From positions 14,595 through 78,594 of IMG/VR virus record IMGVR_UViG_3300023181_000029: a stretch of 64,000 nucleotides of DNA, one strand, 5' to 3'. The notes under the pieces were generated by a model. That model saw only the letters and a list, made by a program, of their open reading frames with translations. It ran no database searches and was not told where the DNA came from. A program made the translations under genes and the position numbers. Below are positions 31,604-41,370 of the stretch, piece after piece (positions within the stretch are counted from its first letter, which is position 1; each line of letters starts with the position of its first letter). Source of the DNA: a virus.

Positions 31604-31745
31604 TACATTTTTTGCTCTTTCGCTACTAGGCATAGGTGTGGTGGCTTGTGCGCCTGCTTTCCTTTATGGCAAAAAGCGCCTACAGCCGATGTGGCTGGAG
31701 ATTAAGCATTTTGTGATGTCGTTGTTTTATCGAACGCATCCATAA
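31587..31745 (+). CDS. Small membrane or lipoprotein candidate (not in ORF track)
   Basis: 52 aa, MTTVINTFFALSLLGIGVVAC...; last gene of the lysis block. Confidence 0.3.
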   Translation: MTTVINTFFALSLLGIGVVACAPAFLYGKKRLQPMWLEIKHFVMSLFYRTHP

Positions 31746-31773
31746 ATCAGAGTGTATTTTTATCGGTCATAGG

Positions 31774-31977
31774 TTATTTATCTTTGTGCCAGTCATATAT
31801 TTCGCCATCTGCGCTTCGGTAGGCGAAGTCGCCAGTGAAGTCATCCAAAAAGTAGTAGCTCAAAGCAACAAAGAAATCTTTAATTGCTGGCGTCATTTCG
31901 GAATCTGGAATGCTTAAAGCCTTATTCTGCAATACACGGTACCTTAATGCTTGCTCTGTTTTTATTTCTGTGCTCAT
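31774..31977 (-). CDS. Hypothetical protein
   Basis: ATGA overlap with the upstream gene in the leftward operon. Confidence 0.55.
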   Translation of the reverse strand: MSTEIKTEQALRYRVLQNKALSIPDSEMTPAIKDFFVALSYYFLDDFTGDFAYRSADGEIYDWHKDK

Positions 31978-32213
31978 ACTGTAGGGGTTAATTCGGTTGG
32001 GGTGTTAGATTGAAGCATAGTGGACGCAATAGCTTCCCAATAATCATAACCTTGCTCGGTTTCAGCCCATCCAAATGCAGATTTTAACGCCAAATAAAAC
32101 GTACTATACGACATTAGGTTACTATGCTTATCATCGCTATCTAGCCCGTAATAATATAATGCCTGCTCCCTTATAGGCTCTGGCAATCTATCTAACCATT
32201 GTGCTATTGTCAT
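31974..32213 (-). CDS. Small 'LPEP' family protein
   Basis: L..LPEP.R.QAL and AF.W....G.DYW; paralog of 45293..45505; 5' end duplicated at 63959. Confidence 0.7.
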   Translation of the reverse strand: MTIAQWLDRLPEPIREQALYYYGLDSDDKHSNLMSYSTFYLALKSAFGWAETEQGYDYWEAIASTMLQSNTPTELTPTV

Positions 32214-32248
32214 TTCTTGGTGGTTTCAAGTTCAATTATAAAATCAGG
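32172..32248 (-). repeat. Inverted repeat, copy A (77 bp visible, exact)
   Basis: Reverse complement is identical to 63924..64000. Confidence 0.95.
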
Positions 32249-32434
32249 CTTGCTTAGCTGTAGGGTGTAGCCGTAGTGGTTGAATAGCTTTACCATGTCG
32301 GGGAACTTAGGTACCCATAAGCCTTTCTCATACTTGCGGTAGGCTACCGTGGATACCCCCATGCCTGATGCTGCTTCGCTTTGTTTTTGCTTGTGTAGCT
32401 TACGATAGTGGGTTAATAGTTCGGGTGTGGTCAT
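32210..32434 (-). CDS. XRE-family HTH protein
   Basis: YRK...KQSEAASGMGVSTVAYRKYEKG..VP motif. Confidence 0.8.
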   Translation of the reverse strand: MTTPELLTHYRKLHKQKQSEAASGMGVSTVAYRKYEKGLWVPKFPDMVKLFNHYGYTLQLSKPDFIIELETTKK

Positions 32435-32497
32435 TTTAGTAATAATAATCCCTTAAATGCGCAGGAAATACGTTTCCAATAATTTCGCTTTCAAATT

Positions 32498-32725
32498 TCA
32501 TAATACTCTGTTTATTTCCTTTAGAAAGGCATTCCATTCAGACATGTTGCCAATGGTTCCAGTGCAAGCCATACGTTCTATGTGTTCAGCTAAAAGAGGG
32601 TATTTTTCAAATGGCTGCTTATTTGCTTCTTCTGCCCCTTTTACTTCCCACCCAACACCAAAAATAGCATCCATTAACTTTTGCTCCTGTGGTGTATATC
32701 CATTCTTATTTGTCTCGGTGCTCAT
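32498..32725 (-). CDS. Hypothetical protein
   Basis: Co-oriented ORF in the leftward early operon. Confidence 0.5.
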   Translation of the reverse strand: MSTETNKNGYTPQEQKLMDAIFGVGWEVKGAEEANKQPFEKYPLLAEHIERMACTGTIGNMSEWNAFLKEINRVL

Positions 32726-32742
32726 ATCTATGAGGTTTTAGT

Positions 32743-33033
32743 CTATCCATTAGTTAATAATACTCTACAATTGTTAACCGCCACTTCAAAGTCAGAGGTT
32801 ATATCGTAGCGGCTTGATTGCAACATTACCTCAACCGCTTCGCTACCTGTAGAGCATGGGTTAAATTCCCATCCCAAGTTGTTTTCATAGAAATTATACC
32901 CGCGCTGCTTCTCTTTACTGTCAATCCAGCAGACGGCTATTGTTTCATGCTCTTTTTTGTCAAGAATAAAATACTTGGCGTTTACTTTAAGCCATTCAAG
33001 GGTTAATATTCTTTCTTCTGTTTCTGGTGTCAT
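32743..33033 (-). CDS. Hypothetical protein
   Basis: Co-oriented, with ATGA coupling to the upstream ORF. Confidence 0.55.
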   Translation of the reverse strand: MTPETEERILTLEWLKVNAKYFILDKKEHETIAVCWIDSKEKQRGYNFYENNLGWEFNPCSTGSEAVEVMLQSSRYDITSDFEVAVNNCRVLLTNG

Positions 33034-33203
33034 ATGGTTTCTTTTACGTAATCTTCAATTGATAATTCACTGCAAAAACTTTCGTACACATCACCACGTG
33101 TTGGTAGCCGGTATTTATACCCCGCAACCTCTAGGGCTTCACATATTGCGCTCCAATACTTATCAAGGTCTTCGTTGTACCAGTTATCTGTTTGTGTGCT
33201 CAT
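33030..33203 (-). CDS. Small hypothetical protein (57 aa, not in ORF track)
   Basis: MSTQTDNWYNEDL...; start and stop overlap both neighbours. Confidence 0.5.
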   Translation of the reverse strand: MSTQTDNWYNEDLDKYWSAICEALEVAGYKYRLPTRGDVYESFCSELSIEDYVKETI

Positions 33204-33343
33204 TATCTATCTAATTGGCTTTCGTTAATGTAAAAGTACATTCCATATTCATGTGAGTTAATAAACTTTTCAGCTTTCTCTCTTGTGCTAAAGCCCTGAA
33301 TATAACTATCCGTAATTTCTCTAAAAACTAAGTACACTATCAT
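33203..33343 (-). CDS. Small hypothetical protein (46 aa, not in ORF track)
   Basis: MIVYLVF...GFSTREKAEKF, a common small phage-protein pattern; first gene after a promoter. Confidence 0.55.
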   Translation of the reverse strand: MIVYLVFREITDSYIQGFSTREKAEKFINSHEYGMYFYINESQLDR

Positions 33344-33352
33344 GTTTGTGGT

Positions 33353-33393
33353 TTTTGTCTTACAAATATAACACAAAGGTTTTGATTTAGCAA
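33353..33393 (-). promoter_or_regulatory. Bacteroidota promoter with TTTGT-N3-ACAAA operator
   Basis: Minus strand reads TTG...TATATTTG; TTTTGTCTTACAAAT at 33353-33367. Confidence 0.65.
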
Positions 33394-33429
33394 GTCTAAA
33401 GACGCTATTATATGAAGTAACGTTTCCTT

Positions 33430-34143
33430 TTACCGCTTCTGCTTCTCGATGAAGTTGGCAAAGTAGGTATTATCCATGTAGCGGAGCGTGTCAAGCAAGT
33501 GGGTGCGCTTTAAATCCGTTTTCACCATGCGCCCTTCCTCTATAGCGTCTTTCATCAACTTGCCTGATTCCCAGCGCACTAGCCTCATGTCCTCAATAAG
33601 GTTATAGCAGCTGGAATGAAACTTCCTGTTAGGGTGGCGGCCAAGTATCGTATTTGATAAAGTCCGGCTCTCGCTTACATTGGGGTTGGAGCGGGTTACA
33701 TCAATCTTTGCGGGCTTTAGCACTTGCTGTACTATTTCCCAATCCCGGAACCTGGATGAGGTCTTACGTGCCCAGCCGCTACTATCACCGGTGCATCTTA
33801 TGTGGCAATGCCCTAACTCGGCTTTAATCCTTTCGCATAGCTTTTCAGTGTTGCTATCGTTCAAATTATATTCCTTGAGCGTATAGTACCAGCCATCCCC
33901 GTACTGATGCACAGAGCATGTTATAGGATCTACGTTAAAGTCAAATGACAAGTAAACGGTAAGCCGTGGGTTGATAGTTATTGAATCGTCAATAAAGGAT
34001 TCATCCCAGCAGTACATAAATGGATTCGTAACCTCTGTATGGCCCCATTCGCCTTTAAAGTATATCCGGTAGTAGTCATAGATGAACACAAAAGTAATCA
34101 TCGTAATTGGAATTATAAACAAGAGCCTGTCAAGCAACATCAT
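33430..34143 (-). CDS. TM helix fused to a terminase-large-subunit C-terminal nuclease domain (no ATPase)
   Basis: N-terminal hydrophobic helix, then DYYRIY..GEWG, SFDFNVDP, TGDSSG, SNP.V and HLLDTLRY. Confidence 0.75.
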   Translation of the reverse strand: MMLLDRLLFIIPITMITFVFIYDYYRIYFKGEWGHTEVTNPFMYCWDESFIDDSITINPRLTVYLSFDFNVDPITCSVHQYGDGWYYTLKEYNLNDSNTEKLCERIKAELGHCHIRCTGDSSGWARKTSSRFRDWEIVQQVLKPAKIDVTRSNPNVSESRTLSNTILGRHPNRKFHSSCYNLIEDMRLVRWESGKLMKDAIEEGRMVKTDLKRTHLLDTLRYMDNTYFANFIEKQKR

Positions 34144-34298
34144 TGTAAAACACTTAAGCAGGTTACCATAAGGACTATTAAAGACAGTATAAGCGTAAAA
34201 CTAGTAAAGGCAATAGTATAAACATGAGCCTCAAATTTGCGTCGCCCGCCATAGCTTGCTAAATACCTATTATTCCAGAGTGTAATAAATTCCCTCAT
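34140..34298 (-). CDS. Small membrane protein (52 aa, not in ORF track)
   Basis: MREFITLW...VYTIAFTSFTLILSLIVLMVTCLSVLQ; ATGA overlaps at both ends. Confidence 0.6.
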   Translation of the reverse strand: MREFITLWNNRYLASYGGRRKFEAHVYTIAFTSFTLILSLIVLMVTCLSVLQ

Positions 34299-34525
34299 AA
34301 GGTGCGGTTTTTAGCTTTCATATCAAGCAAACCGTTCAATACAGTCAAGATATAATTAGCACCAATTAGGTTAACGATAGGAATAAATGCAACTATCAGT
34401 AATGGTTTCTTCTTAAAATTCTCATCCTGCCGGGCTGCCCAAAACGTAAAGCATACAATAACAAGCAATGGGAATACGTATGCAAATACACTAATCCATA
34501 AATACTCCTCGTTAGTAAACTCCAT
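34295..34525 (-). CDS. Small two-TM membrane protein
   Basis: Two hydrophobic segments and FIPIVNL motif. Confidence 0.6.
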   Translation of the reverse strand: MEFTNEEYLWISVFAYVFPLLVIVCFTFWAARQDENFKKKPLLIVAFIPIVNLIGANYILTVLNGLLDMKAKNRTL

Positions 34526-34533
34526 AGCCGTGG

Positions 34534-34590
34534 TTTTGTCCTACAAATATACACCTTGCTTTCTATTGTGCAAATTTTTGTCGTACAAAT
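34534..34590 (-). promoter_or_regulatory. Bacteroidota promoter flanked by two TTTGT-N3-ACAAA operators
   Basis: Minus strand reads TTTG...TATATTTG; motifs at 34534-34548 and 34576-34590. Confidence 0.65.
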
Positions 34591-34593
34591 ATT

Positions 34594-35037
34594 TTACTTC
34601 TTTACGTCAATGCGAGTTTTAGCCTTATGACATGACTTGCATAGTCCTTGAAAATTCCACAAACCCATTCCGCCACCGCCTTTATGAACCGGCAATATGT
34701 GGTCAACATCATCAAAGCCTTCTACGCCGCAATGTTTACAGAAATCCCCTTGAGTAATATACAACATACGCCGTATAGACGAACTATCAGAGGAGCATAA
34801 CCGCCATAACCACTCTAATGTAGAAGCACATTCGCTAGAAGACCAGCGCGTTTGACGACCTGTAATCGGTGTTCCGCAGCCACAATCGCATAATCCATCG
34901 TTCTTAGGCGGCAATAATCTAGTAAAGAAATTAGATGTCTTTTGTCTGCGGCTGTATGGATTAATAATACCATCAGCAACCAACTTATTAAATCGGGCTA
35001 AATCATAATTGGCTACTATTTGTGGTATTGTATCCAT
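34594..35037 (-). CDS. HNH endonuclease (HK97 gp74-like) with extra Cys cluster
   Basis: CKHCG...DVDHILPVHKGGG...NFQGLCKSCHKAKT; N-terminal CDCGCG. Confidence 0.88.
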   Translation of the reverse strand: MDTIPQIVANYDLARFNKLVADGIINPYSRRQKTSNFFTRLLPPKNDGLCDCGCGTPITGRQTRWSSSECASTLEWLWRLCSSDSSSIRRMLYITQGDFCKHCGVEGFDDVDHILPVHKGGGGMGLWNFQGLCKSCHKAKTRIDVKK

Positions 35038-35759
35038 GTGTAGAACAAAGCTAAATAGAATTTCCTGTAATGGGCAGGGAGTATTAATACTATAAATGGT
35101 AAAAGGTAATTGCTATAGGGTACCTGTGATATAATGAGAGGTGACCTGCGGAAATGTTTCGGGAATACTAATATTGACTATCTCTGCTTGATAACAATCT
35201 TGCTTGACAGAGTATATGTGTACTTCGTGCATGTATACCGGGCATTTAATCCGCGAGGGCAAGTCGCTCAATCTCGACCGGGTACATCAACCTCACGAAA
35301 TCCTAACTTGCCCACCAATTTCAAAACCAAAGCACAAAAGCCAGTCCATACTATAGAACTAAGCTAAAACATGGTTATGACGTAGCGATACATCAATTAA
35401 TCATGTGTGCTAATGGGAATGACTTACTGTGTGGTATGTGCTAGGCTGTGGTGCTAATGCGAATTATCTCATTAGGTTGCAATACGTCTATGGTTAAGTT
35501 ATCATACACGCCAGTTAAACGACTAGGTGAATATAACGACTGCTCATACATTGTATGTATTTCAATTAAGTATCTTGTTTGGTTGCTCATAGGGCTAAGG
35601 TAATAATATTGCAGTTAACTATATTAGCGATGATAGTTTACAATGCGCCTAATTACATGTTATTTCTGGATTATCGGTGGGGTAGGGGAGGGGCTGAGGC
35701 ACACTGACATAATGGCTATTTAACATAAACGTGGTTATCGTGGGATTTTGGTAAACGCT

Positions 35760-35787
35760 GGAAACTTTAAATGTTCCCGCAGTTTCC
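35760..35787. promoter_or_regulatory. Palindromic operator GGAAACT-N14-AGTTTCC (copy 1)
   Basis: Directly upstream of the TTG...TATCTTTG promoter of the HTH gene; second copy at 36155. Confidence 0.6.
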
Positions 35788-35839
35788 TATTGCAATCCTC
35801 ATACCTATGTATTATCTTTGTTGACATAAGTCGCTGCAA

Positions 35840-36064
35840 ATGATTAGTAAAAGCCCACTTTTGGCAAAAGACATACTTAAGGAAGCACGTAAAAGGCGTA
35901 AATTGACGCTATCGCAGGCCGCAATAGTTACTAAAATTAAGGCATCGACACTATCAAGGTATGAAAACGGCAACAGAAAGATATCAGCAGATGACTTTAT
36001 AAGTATTTTGGGTTATTATAGTGCTCATATTGCCATTATTGAGGCAGATTTTCTATTAACTTGA
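35840..36064 (+). CDS. XRE-family HTH regulator
   Basis: LKEARKRRKLTLSQAA...IKASTLSRYENGNR. Confidence 0.88.
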   Translation: MISKSPLLAKDILKEARKRRKLTLSQAAIVTKIKASTLSRYENGNRKISADDFISILGYYSAHIAIIEADFLLT

Positions 36065-36154
36065 CATTACCTGCTGGAATATGCACACAAAAGGCATGTT
36101 TTGGCAATTATTATGAGTGAAAACAGGTGCAAGAAACAGTCAAAATCCCTTAAC

Positions 36155-36182
36155 GGAAACTTTAAACACACTGAAAGTTTCC
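36155..36182. promoter_or_regulatory. Palindromic operator GGAAACT-N14-AGTTTCC (copy 2)
   Basis: Same arms, same 14-bp spacer, same TTAAA spacer start as copy 1. Confidence 0.6.
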
Positions 36183-36224
36183 ATAGTTCCTATATTTTAG
36201 CGGTAAATAGTTGATATTCACAGC

Positions 36225-36710
36225 GTGAGCAATGCGAAGTCATACGCCTATAAGACTAGCGGATATAATACTCCTGAGCGTGATACACAGAAGTCTGTCC
36301 CTGCTATCACTGCTTATCTTCATGAGCGTAGGCGCATCTATACACTTGTCCTGCATGAATTATGCCCTCCCCGCCCTTCGGGGTCTACTGATAGACGTAA
36401 ACGTATCTTAGATGATATTGTACACTCTGACTTAGATACACTTCTTTACTGTGTTGGTCTGGATATGCGTGAGATAGTCATTATTATAGGCTGTGATTTA
36501 CTCGATAATACTGGCCTGCCTTTAGTTGAAGGCCTTTCAAAGCGTGAGTTTAACCGCATGGATAAATTAGGTCTATTAGGTATCCGCAAGCGTGGGCGTG
36601 TTGAGGTCGAAGGCAAATACTATGATACAGCACGAATATCTGATAAAGGCTTAAAGCTATGCGCACGTATTGGTGAGCTTGTGCGCAAGGTTGCGCAAGA
36701 TTACCGATAA
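36225..36710 (+). CDS. Hypothetical protein, possible C-terminal winged helix
   Basis: MDKLGLL...ISDKGLKL pattern; followed by a terminator. Confidence 0.45.
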   Translation: MSNAKSYAYKTSGYNTPERDTQKSVPAITAYLHERRRIYTLVLHELCPPRPSGSTDRRKRILDDIVHSDLDTLLYCVGLDMREIVIIIGCDLLDNTGLPLVEGLSKREFNRMDKLGLLGIRKRGRVEVEGKYYDTARISDKGLKLCARIGELVRKVAQDYR

Positions 36711-36711
36711 T

Positions 36712-36744
36712 AACAAAGCCCCGCATTACTGCAAGGGCTTTGTT
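36712..36744. terminator. Bidirectional intrinsic terminator
   Basis: AACAAAGCCC...GGGCTTTGTT between convergent units. Confidence 0.7.
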
Positions 36745-37143
36745 TAATTGTTGTTACTGGTGTTAGCTCTTAACTAATATCCGTAACGCTATAGATAGGG
36801 CTTCGTATGCATCTCCTATTAATTTGTCTTTGTTGTGGCGGTCAGGATGTGCGCCTACTAGCCCCATTGCTTGCGCTATGTGTAATATTGCATCCTTTCT
36901 GCTCTTATCTTCTTGCTCTTTCATTCTGTTATGTTTAGTGGCTAGTTATTTGATTTTCTTTCTAAAGCTAGCGGTTACTACATAATCACATAGTTCACTA
37001 CCATAAGCCTCAATCCAATTTTGGGCTTGTGCGCTTTATATCCTGCTTATTATTACAATAATGAACCTCGCAATACTTCCCGCTACTTATTACTAATTGG
37101 TGCCCTCCGGTGCTGTGTTATAGGCTTGATGTCTTTATAGTGC

Positions 37144-37338
37144 TCATATAATTTCCCTTGTGGTTATTGTAGTTACTTTTACTATGCGGGTTTGGTATGC
37201 CTCAAATAGTTCGCTTGCTGCTGTCTTTGCCGCTTCACTTAATGTATCTTCAAGTATGGTGCATTGCGCCCAATTCTCATGCTTTGGGCTTTTGTATTCA
37301 ATTTGGTAGTATTCCGTTGTTTCTGTCTTTGTGCTCAT
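37144..37338 (-). CDS. Small hypothetical protein (shared motif family)
   Basis: W...DTL.EA...RIVK pattern shared with 51178, 51366 and 48970. Confidence 0.55.
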   Translation of the reverse strand: MSTKTETTEYYQIEYKSPKHENWAQCTILEDTLSEAAKTAASELFEAYQTRIVKVTTITTREII

Positions 37339-37341
37339 GGG

Positions 37342-37593
37342 TTAGATTTCTGTGATTATTATTTTAGGCATGTCATACGCTACATAGTAAGACCCTTTTA
37401 TTTTCGTCTCTCCTATTTCCTGCAACTTATTAAATACTTCGCTGTGCTTACCCTTGTGCGCTGCGGTATTAGCGCCAACTTCACAAATAAATTTAGGGAT
37501 GTTCTTTTCTACCCTGTAAACAAGTAGTGTGTAATTCGTGCCGCCCGTCTTTAGCCGCCTTTCTGATACTGTGGTGAATATGTAGCTTTTCAT
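37342..37593 (-). CDS. Hypothetical protein
   Basis: First gene after the minus-strand TTTG...TAGGTTTG promoter at about 37626-37657. Confidence 0.55.
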   Translation of the reverse strand: MKSYIFTTVSERRLKTGGTNYTLLVYRVEKNIPKFICEVGANTAAHKGKHSEVFNKLQEIGETKIKGSYYVAYDMPKIIITEI

Positions 37594-37619
37594 AAGTCCG
37601 TTTTTTGTTTCGATTATTA

Positions 37620-37790
37620 ATACGTCAAACCTACATAAATGTTTTCATTTCTGCAAATTTATTTTTGCATGAAATTTATTTTTAGTGCTCAAATACAGTC
37701 GTAGTGCAGATTTATTGCTGAAAGAAAATTTATTTTGAATTATTTTCTGTAAAACATTTGGATTTATGGTTCCGATTGTATTATGTTTGT
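37620..37790. promoter_or_regulatory. Divergent Bacteroidota promoters
   Basis: TAGGTTTG on the minus strand and TTTG...TATGTTTG on the plus strand, in an AT-rich gap. Confidence 0.6.
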
Positions 37791-38110
37791 GGAGAAGAAA
37801 ATAACAACTAATCAATCACAATTACGTAAACAGATAAAACGCAACTTTATGACACCTACCAAATTAAACTTCTCAGGCGTGAAACATGATGTATACGATT
37901 TCCACAATATACACGTAAAAAGAAACAATAAATTACTTTTCGTAAGGGCAAGCGAGGTTAATATAAATGAAAGCGTATATACAATAGATGGCTACCTAAT
38001 GGGTCAAAGACTTAATTAACCGAAACGGGTTTAGTCCCGTCTATGTCTACCCCATAAAGGACATACTGAGGAGAAGGGAATTAACTAATAAACTAAAAAA
38101 AATTGCACCA

Positions 38111-38626
38111 ATGAAAGACAAGAAAGAAGTATTCAACCTGGCTAATGGCAATATACTAATTGTTGAATATGGTTTATTAACCACTAATTCGTCCCCATAT
38201 TTTTCTATTACCGGCAGTCTGTACGAAAAACAACCGCTAACAGATAGAAACATGATTTCGTGCAGTTGTATACATGATGATATACTAGACAATGCGCCAC
38301 AATTTACTGACCTTGTAGCATTGCACCTATCAGGCATTGACGGCACACCAATGTATGTAGTAGAGAATGGTTTTTATCACTTTCAAACTGCTATTGGAAC
38401 AGCACAATATCATACTAAAGAGGACGGAGATAGGGAGAAGTACACCAAAGTAGTAGCCGACCATTTACGTATCTCATTAGTAGATGCAACGGCACTAATT
38501 GAACGACTGGAAAAACTTACACCAAGCCAGCAAAAAATGGAGTTTACGGAATTTGTAGTAAAACAGCGTGAGCGCTGGAATAAAGAAGCACAGGACGCAG
38601 TATCTAAATACGGCTTAACAGCTTAA
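38111..38626 (+). CDS. Conserved-looking early phage protein
   Basis: PYFSITG, SCIHDDI and LHLS..DGTPM motifs; function unknown. Confidence 0.6.
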   Translation: MKDKKEVFNLANGNILIVEYGLLTTNSSPYFSITGSLYEKQPLTDRNMISCSCIHDDILDNAPQFTDLVALHLSGIDGTPMYVVENGFYHFQTAIGTAQYHTKEDGDREKYTKVVADHLRISLVDATALIERLEKLTPSQQKMEFTEFVVKQRERWNKEAQDAVSKYGLTA

Positions 38627-39193
38627 CAACTTCCAATCCCTGCAATAATTCATAACACGTAAAAACTAAACCCATGAATAAATCAAAACAATTGCGTCAG
38701 CTACTTAAGGAATTAGGCTATATAGACAATACGCTTATTAATGAATCTATGCAAGCATTTGAAAACAGTAAACCAATAGCGCATCCCTTAATAAACCTCA
38801 TAGCGGACAGGCTGCGTGTTAGCGCATGGGAAAATACAGCAGACAAGATAAAGAGCGATTTAAACACTTTAAAGAAGGCCAGTAAGCTAATCCAGCAATT
38901 ACATGCCGATACTAACGCATAAGAAAGGACGATACAGATTAGAGCATATTTAAAAAAACTAACGATGAAAAACAAGGAAATACTAACGGCGGCATTAAAT
39001 GCGCTAGGCTACCCTGAAAAGCAACATTCTGCCATAATCGAAAAGTGTAATACTGGCGATTTTGGCAACCCGCTAACACTGTACATTGTAGCCACCATAA
39101 ACAGCAGCGATGATACCGGCATGATAGAGGCAGACTTTGAAGATGTGCGGGAGATACTGCAAAACGTTATTGACGCAATACAAAACCTAACCC

Positions 39194-39460
39194 ATGAAAA
39201 AGGACACAACAATAACCGAAGTGCAATTTCTAGTTAATGACAAAGAACACGGATTCGATGATGTCTTTGCTTTTTTCCCAAAAGAAAACTATAACGATTT
39301 TTCAGACCAAACGAAAAACTCGTACACCCATATCGGTCAACATGGGCCATGTCACGTAGACTATGCAGCAGAAAGCAGACCAGCGACACCGGAAGAATAC
39401 AAAGACCTGAAAAGTGAACTTGAATCATTGGGGTATAACTTGAAAATTGTGCAGCTATGA
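39194..39460 (+). CDS. Conserved-looking early phage protein
   Basis: VFAFFP, SY.HIGQH and ATPEEY..LK.ELE..GY motifs. Confidence 0.6.
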   Translation: MKKDTTITEVQFLVNDKEHGFDDVFAFFPKENYNDFSDQTKNSYTHIGQHGPCHVDYAAESRPATPEEYKDLKSELESLGYNLKIVQL

Positions 39461-40432
39461 ATATAAGGCAAAGATACCGCCTATCAGATATAGCGCTTGC
39501 TATTCAAAAAGTGCGAGATAATTGGGAGCGACTAACGTTAAGCGAAGACCCTATTTATGAAGTGGCGAAACTCAATCTTATGTGCCAAAGTGATGCGCAG
39601 ATAGTACTAACCATTGTTAAAAGCGAAAAACTAACCACAGCATGAAGATAAAATACACCGACTGGCTTAATCTTGACAAAAGCAAGAAAGACGAGCTAAG
39701 AAGTAAAAACGAAGTTGTTTACCCGAAATCAATAGGCGCAAAACTCACTTTGGTGCCAAAACAAATAAAACTAGGATTGTGAAATACGCAAAAACTCACC
39801 CTGCTTTTAATTGGCGGGAATATGTCGAGAAAATACCACAAGGCGAAACTAATTGCATTTCGTGGGCATGGAGGCTAAACGGAGAGCGTATTAAATTTGA
39901 CAAACTAGTAAAACTAGGGTATTACCAAAAACGTAGCTCAAAAGGCATTGACGCATTTACAAGAACCGGTAAAAGTTGGGCAGAACCACATTATACATTA
40001 TAACAATGGAATTTACTAACGATAAAAAGTAGGCCATGAGCGATAGTAAGAAAAGAACAATAACCCGCATGCTAGGTATTGCCTCAATGATGGGCGCAAC
40101 TGGATTATTTACGGAAGATAGGATACCAAAGAAGGGCGAAGAAAAGCCGTTTGAAGACTCATATTTACCATATGCAATAGAATTAAAACCGCATCATGGA
40201 GGCGAACGATATTTAGGAAAACCAAAAACTAAGCAACCATACGGCACAAAATGGTTAGGGGATACTGAAAACTTAACCGTGCGCCCATTTCAGACTGGCA
40301 AACTGAATCGGGAAATATTAGTTTATGGTGAAACCGAAGCAAAAGCACTAAAGAATTTAAAACTGAAACTAAAACACGAGAAATGAGGCCACGTCAATAC
40401 TATATCGCATTTTATTCCAATAAGCTAGAATC

Positions 40433-40720
40433 TTGGGTTTACCATTCTCGATAGCTAATACGGACGGCTGGAATAAAACATTAGAAGCAAATACTGACGG
40501 TTATGGGGCCGCAGGACTAAGATACGCGGCACGTTGGGCTAACTACATGGAGAAAGAAATAGCAAATGGCAATCAACTGTCAGACATAGCCGAACAAACA
40601 AGCAGTGAAGCAGATAAAGAAGGTATAACTGGCTTTCAATACGGATGTGCGTTATCTATTCTTACGCAAGTTTGGGCACACGGGGCAGAACTTAAAAAAT
40701 GGAAGGAGGCTCAAAGATGA
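40433..40720 (+). CDS. Hypothetical phage protein
   Basis: YAARWA..ME and GITGFQYGCA..IL..W.HG motifs. Confidence 0.5.
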   Translation: MGLPFSIANTDGWNKTLEANTDGYGAAGLRYAARWANYMEKEIANGNQLSDIAEQTSSEADKEGITGFQYGCALSILTQVWAHGAELKKWKEAQR

Positions 40721-41019
40721 AAGCCATCCTGCAACTAATCCGTGGCGAAATCAGAGAGGAGCCGCCATATTATAGTCCCTTGAGGTGCTATAAAGCCAAA
40801 GATGCAAAATTTAATGACTGGGCTTTACATATTTCACAACAACTAAAACTCAAAAAATGAAAAGAATATCACTATCAGATTTACAGGCAGTAATGCAATA
40901 CGCCAAAGAAAAAAGCGAAAAAGCAGTAGGCTATTCTCATAAAATACAGGATTTTTGGGATGGCGTTTATCAAGACGCAAATGATGAATTTATCACTCGA
41001 TTGCGTGAAATAGGATATA

Positions 41020-41340
41020 ATGAATACGAATATTAAAACCAATAAAATTATGAAGAAGCAGAAATTAGGCGACATCACCAGAAAAGTAAAAGACGCGTTA
41101 TTAAACCCTAGCGAAATCCTAGTGATTGAAACACTTAGCAACAGGGCTATGACGGCAGCGGAATTATCAGCTATTCTAAAACGTGCACCAGGGTCGATAA
41201 GCACTACCTGTGTTAGCCTGAAATCTAAAGGCTACCTAACCAGCGAAAGAAATGGCACAGACTATCGCACCAACGTCTATAAAGTAGACCACGAGAAAGT
41301 AGCCGCATTAACTGAACGCTTGCAAAACGCTGTAGAGTAA
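41020..41340 (+). CDS. Winged-helix (MarR-like) DNA-binding protein
   Basis: MTAAELSAIL....SISTTCVSLKSKGYL..ERNGTD.R. Confidence 0.75.
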   Translation: MNTNIKTNKIMKKQKLGDITRKVKDALLNPSEILVIETLSNRAMTAAELSAILKRAPGSISTTCVSLKSKGYLTSERNGTDYRTNVYKVDHEKVAALTERLQNAVE

Positions 41341-41370
41341 TTTCAAATAACCGCTTAAAACTAAACGACA

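Noticed and set aside
35134-35367. 77-aa ORF in the non-coding region
   Set aside because: No recognisable motif, leader or coupling to neighbours.
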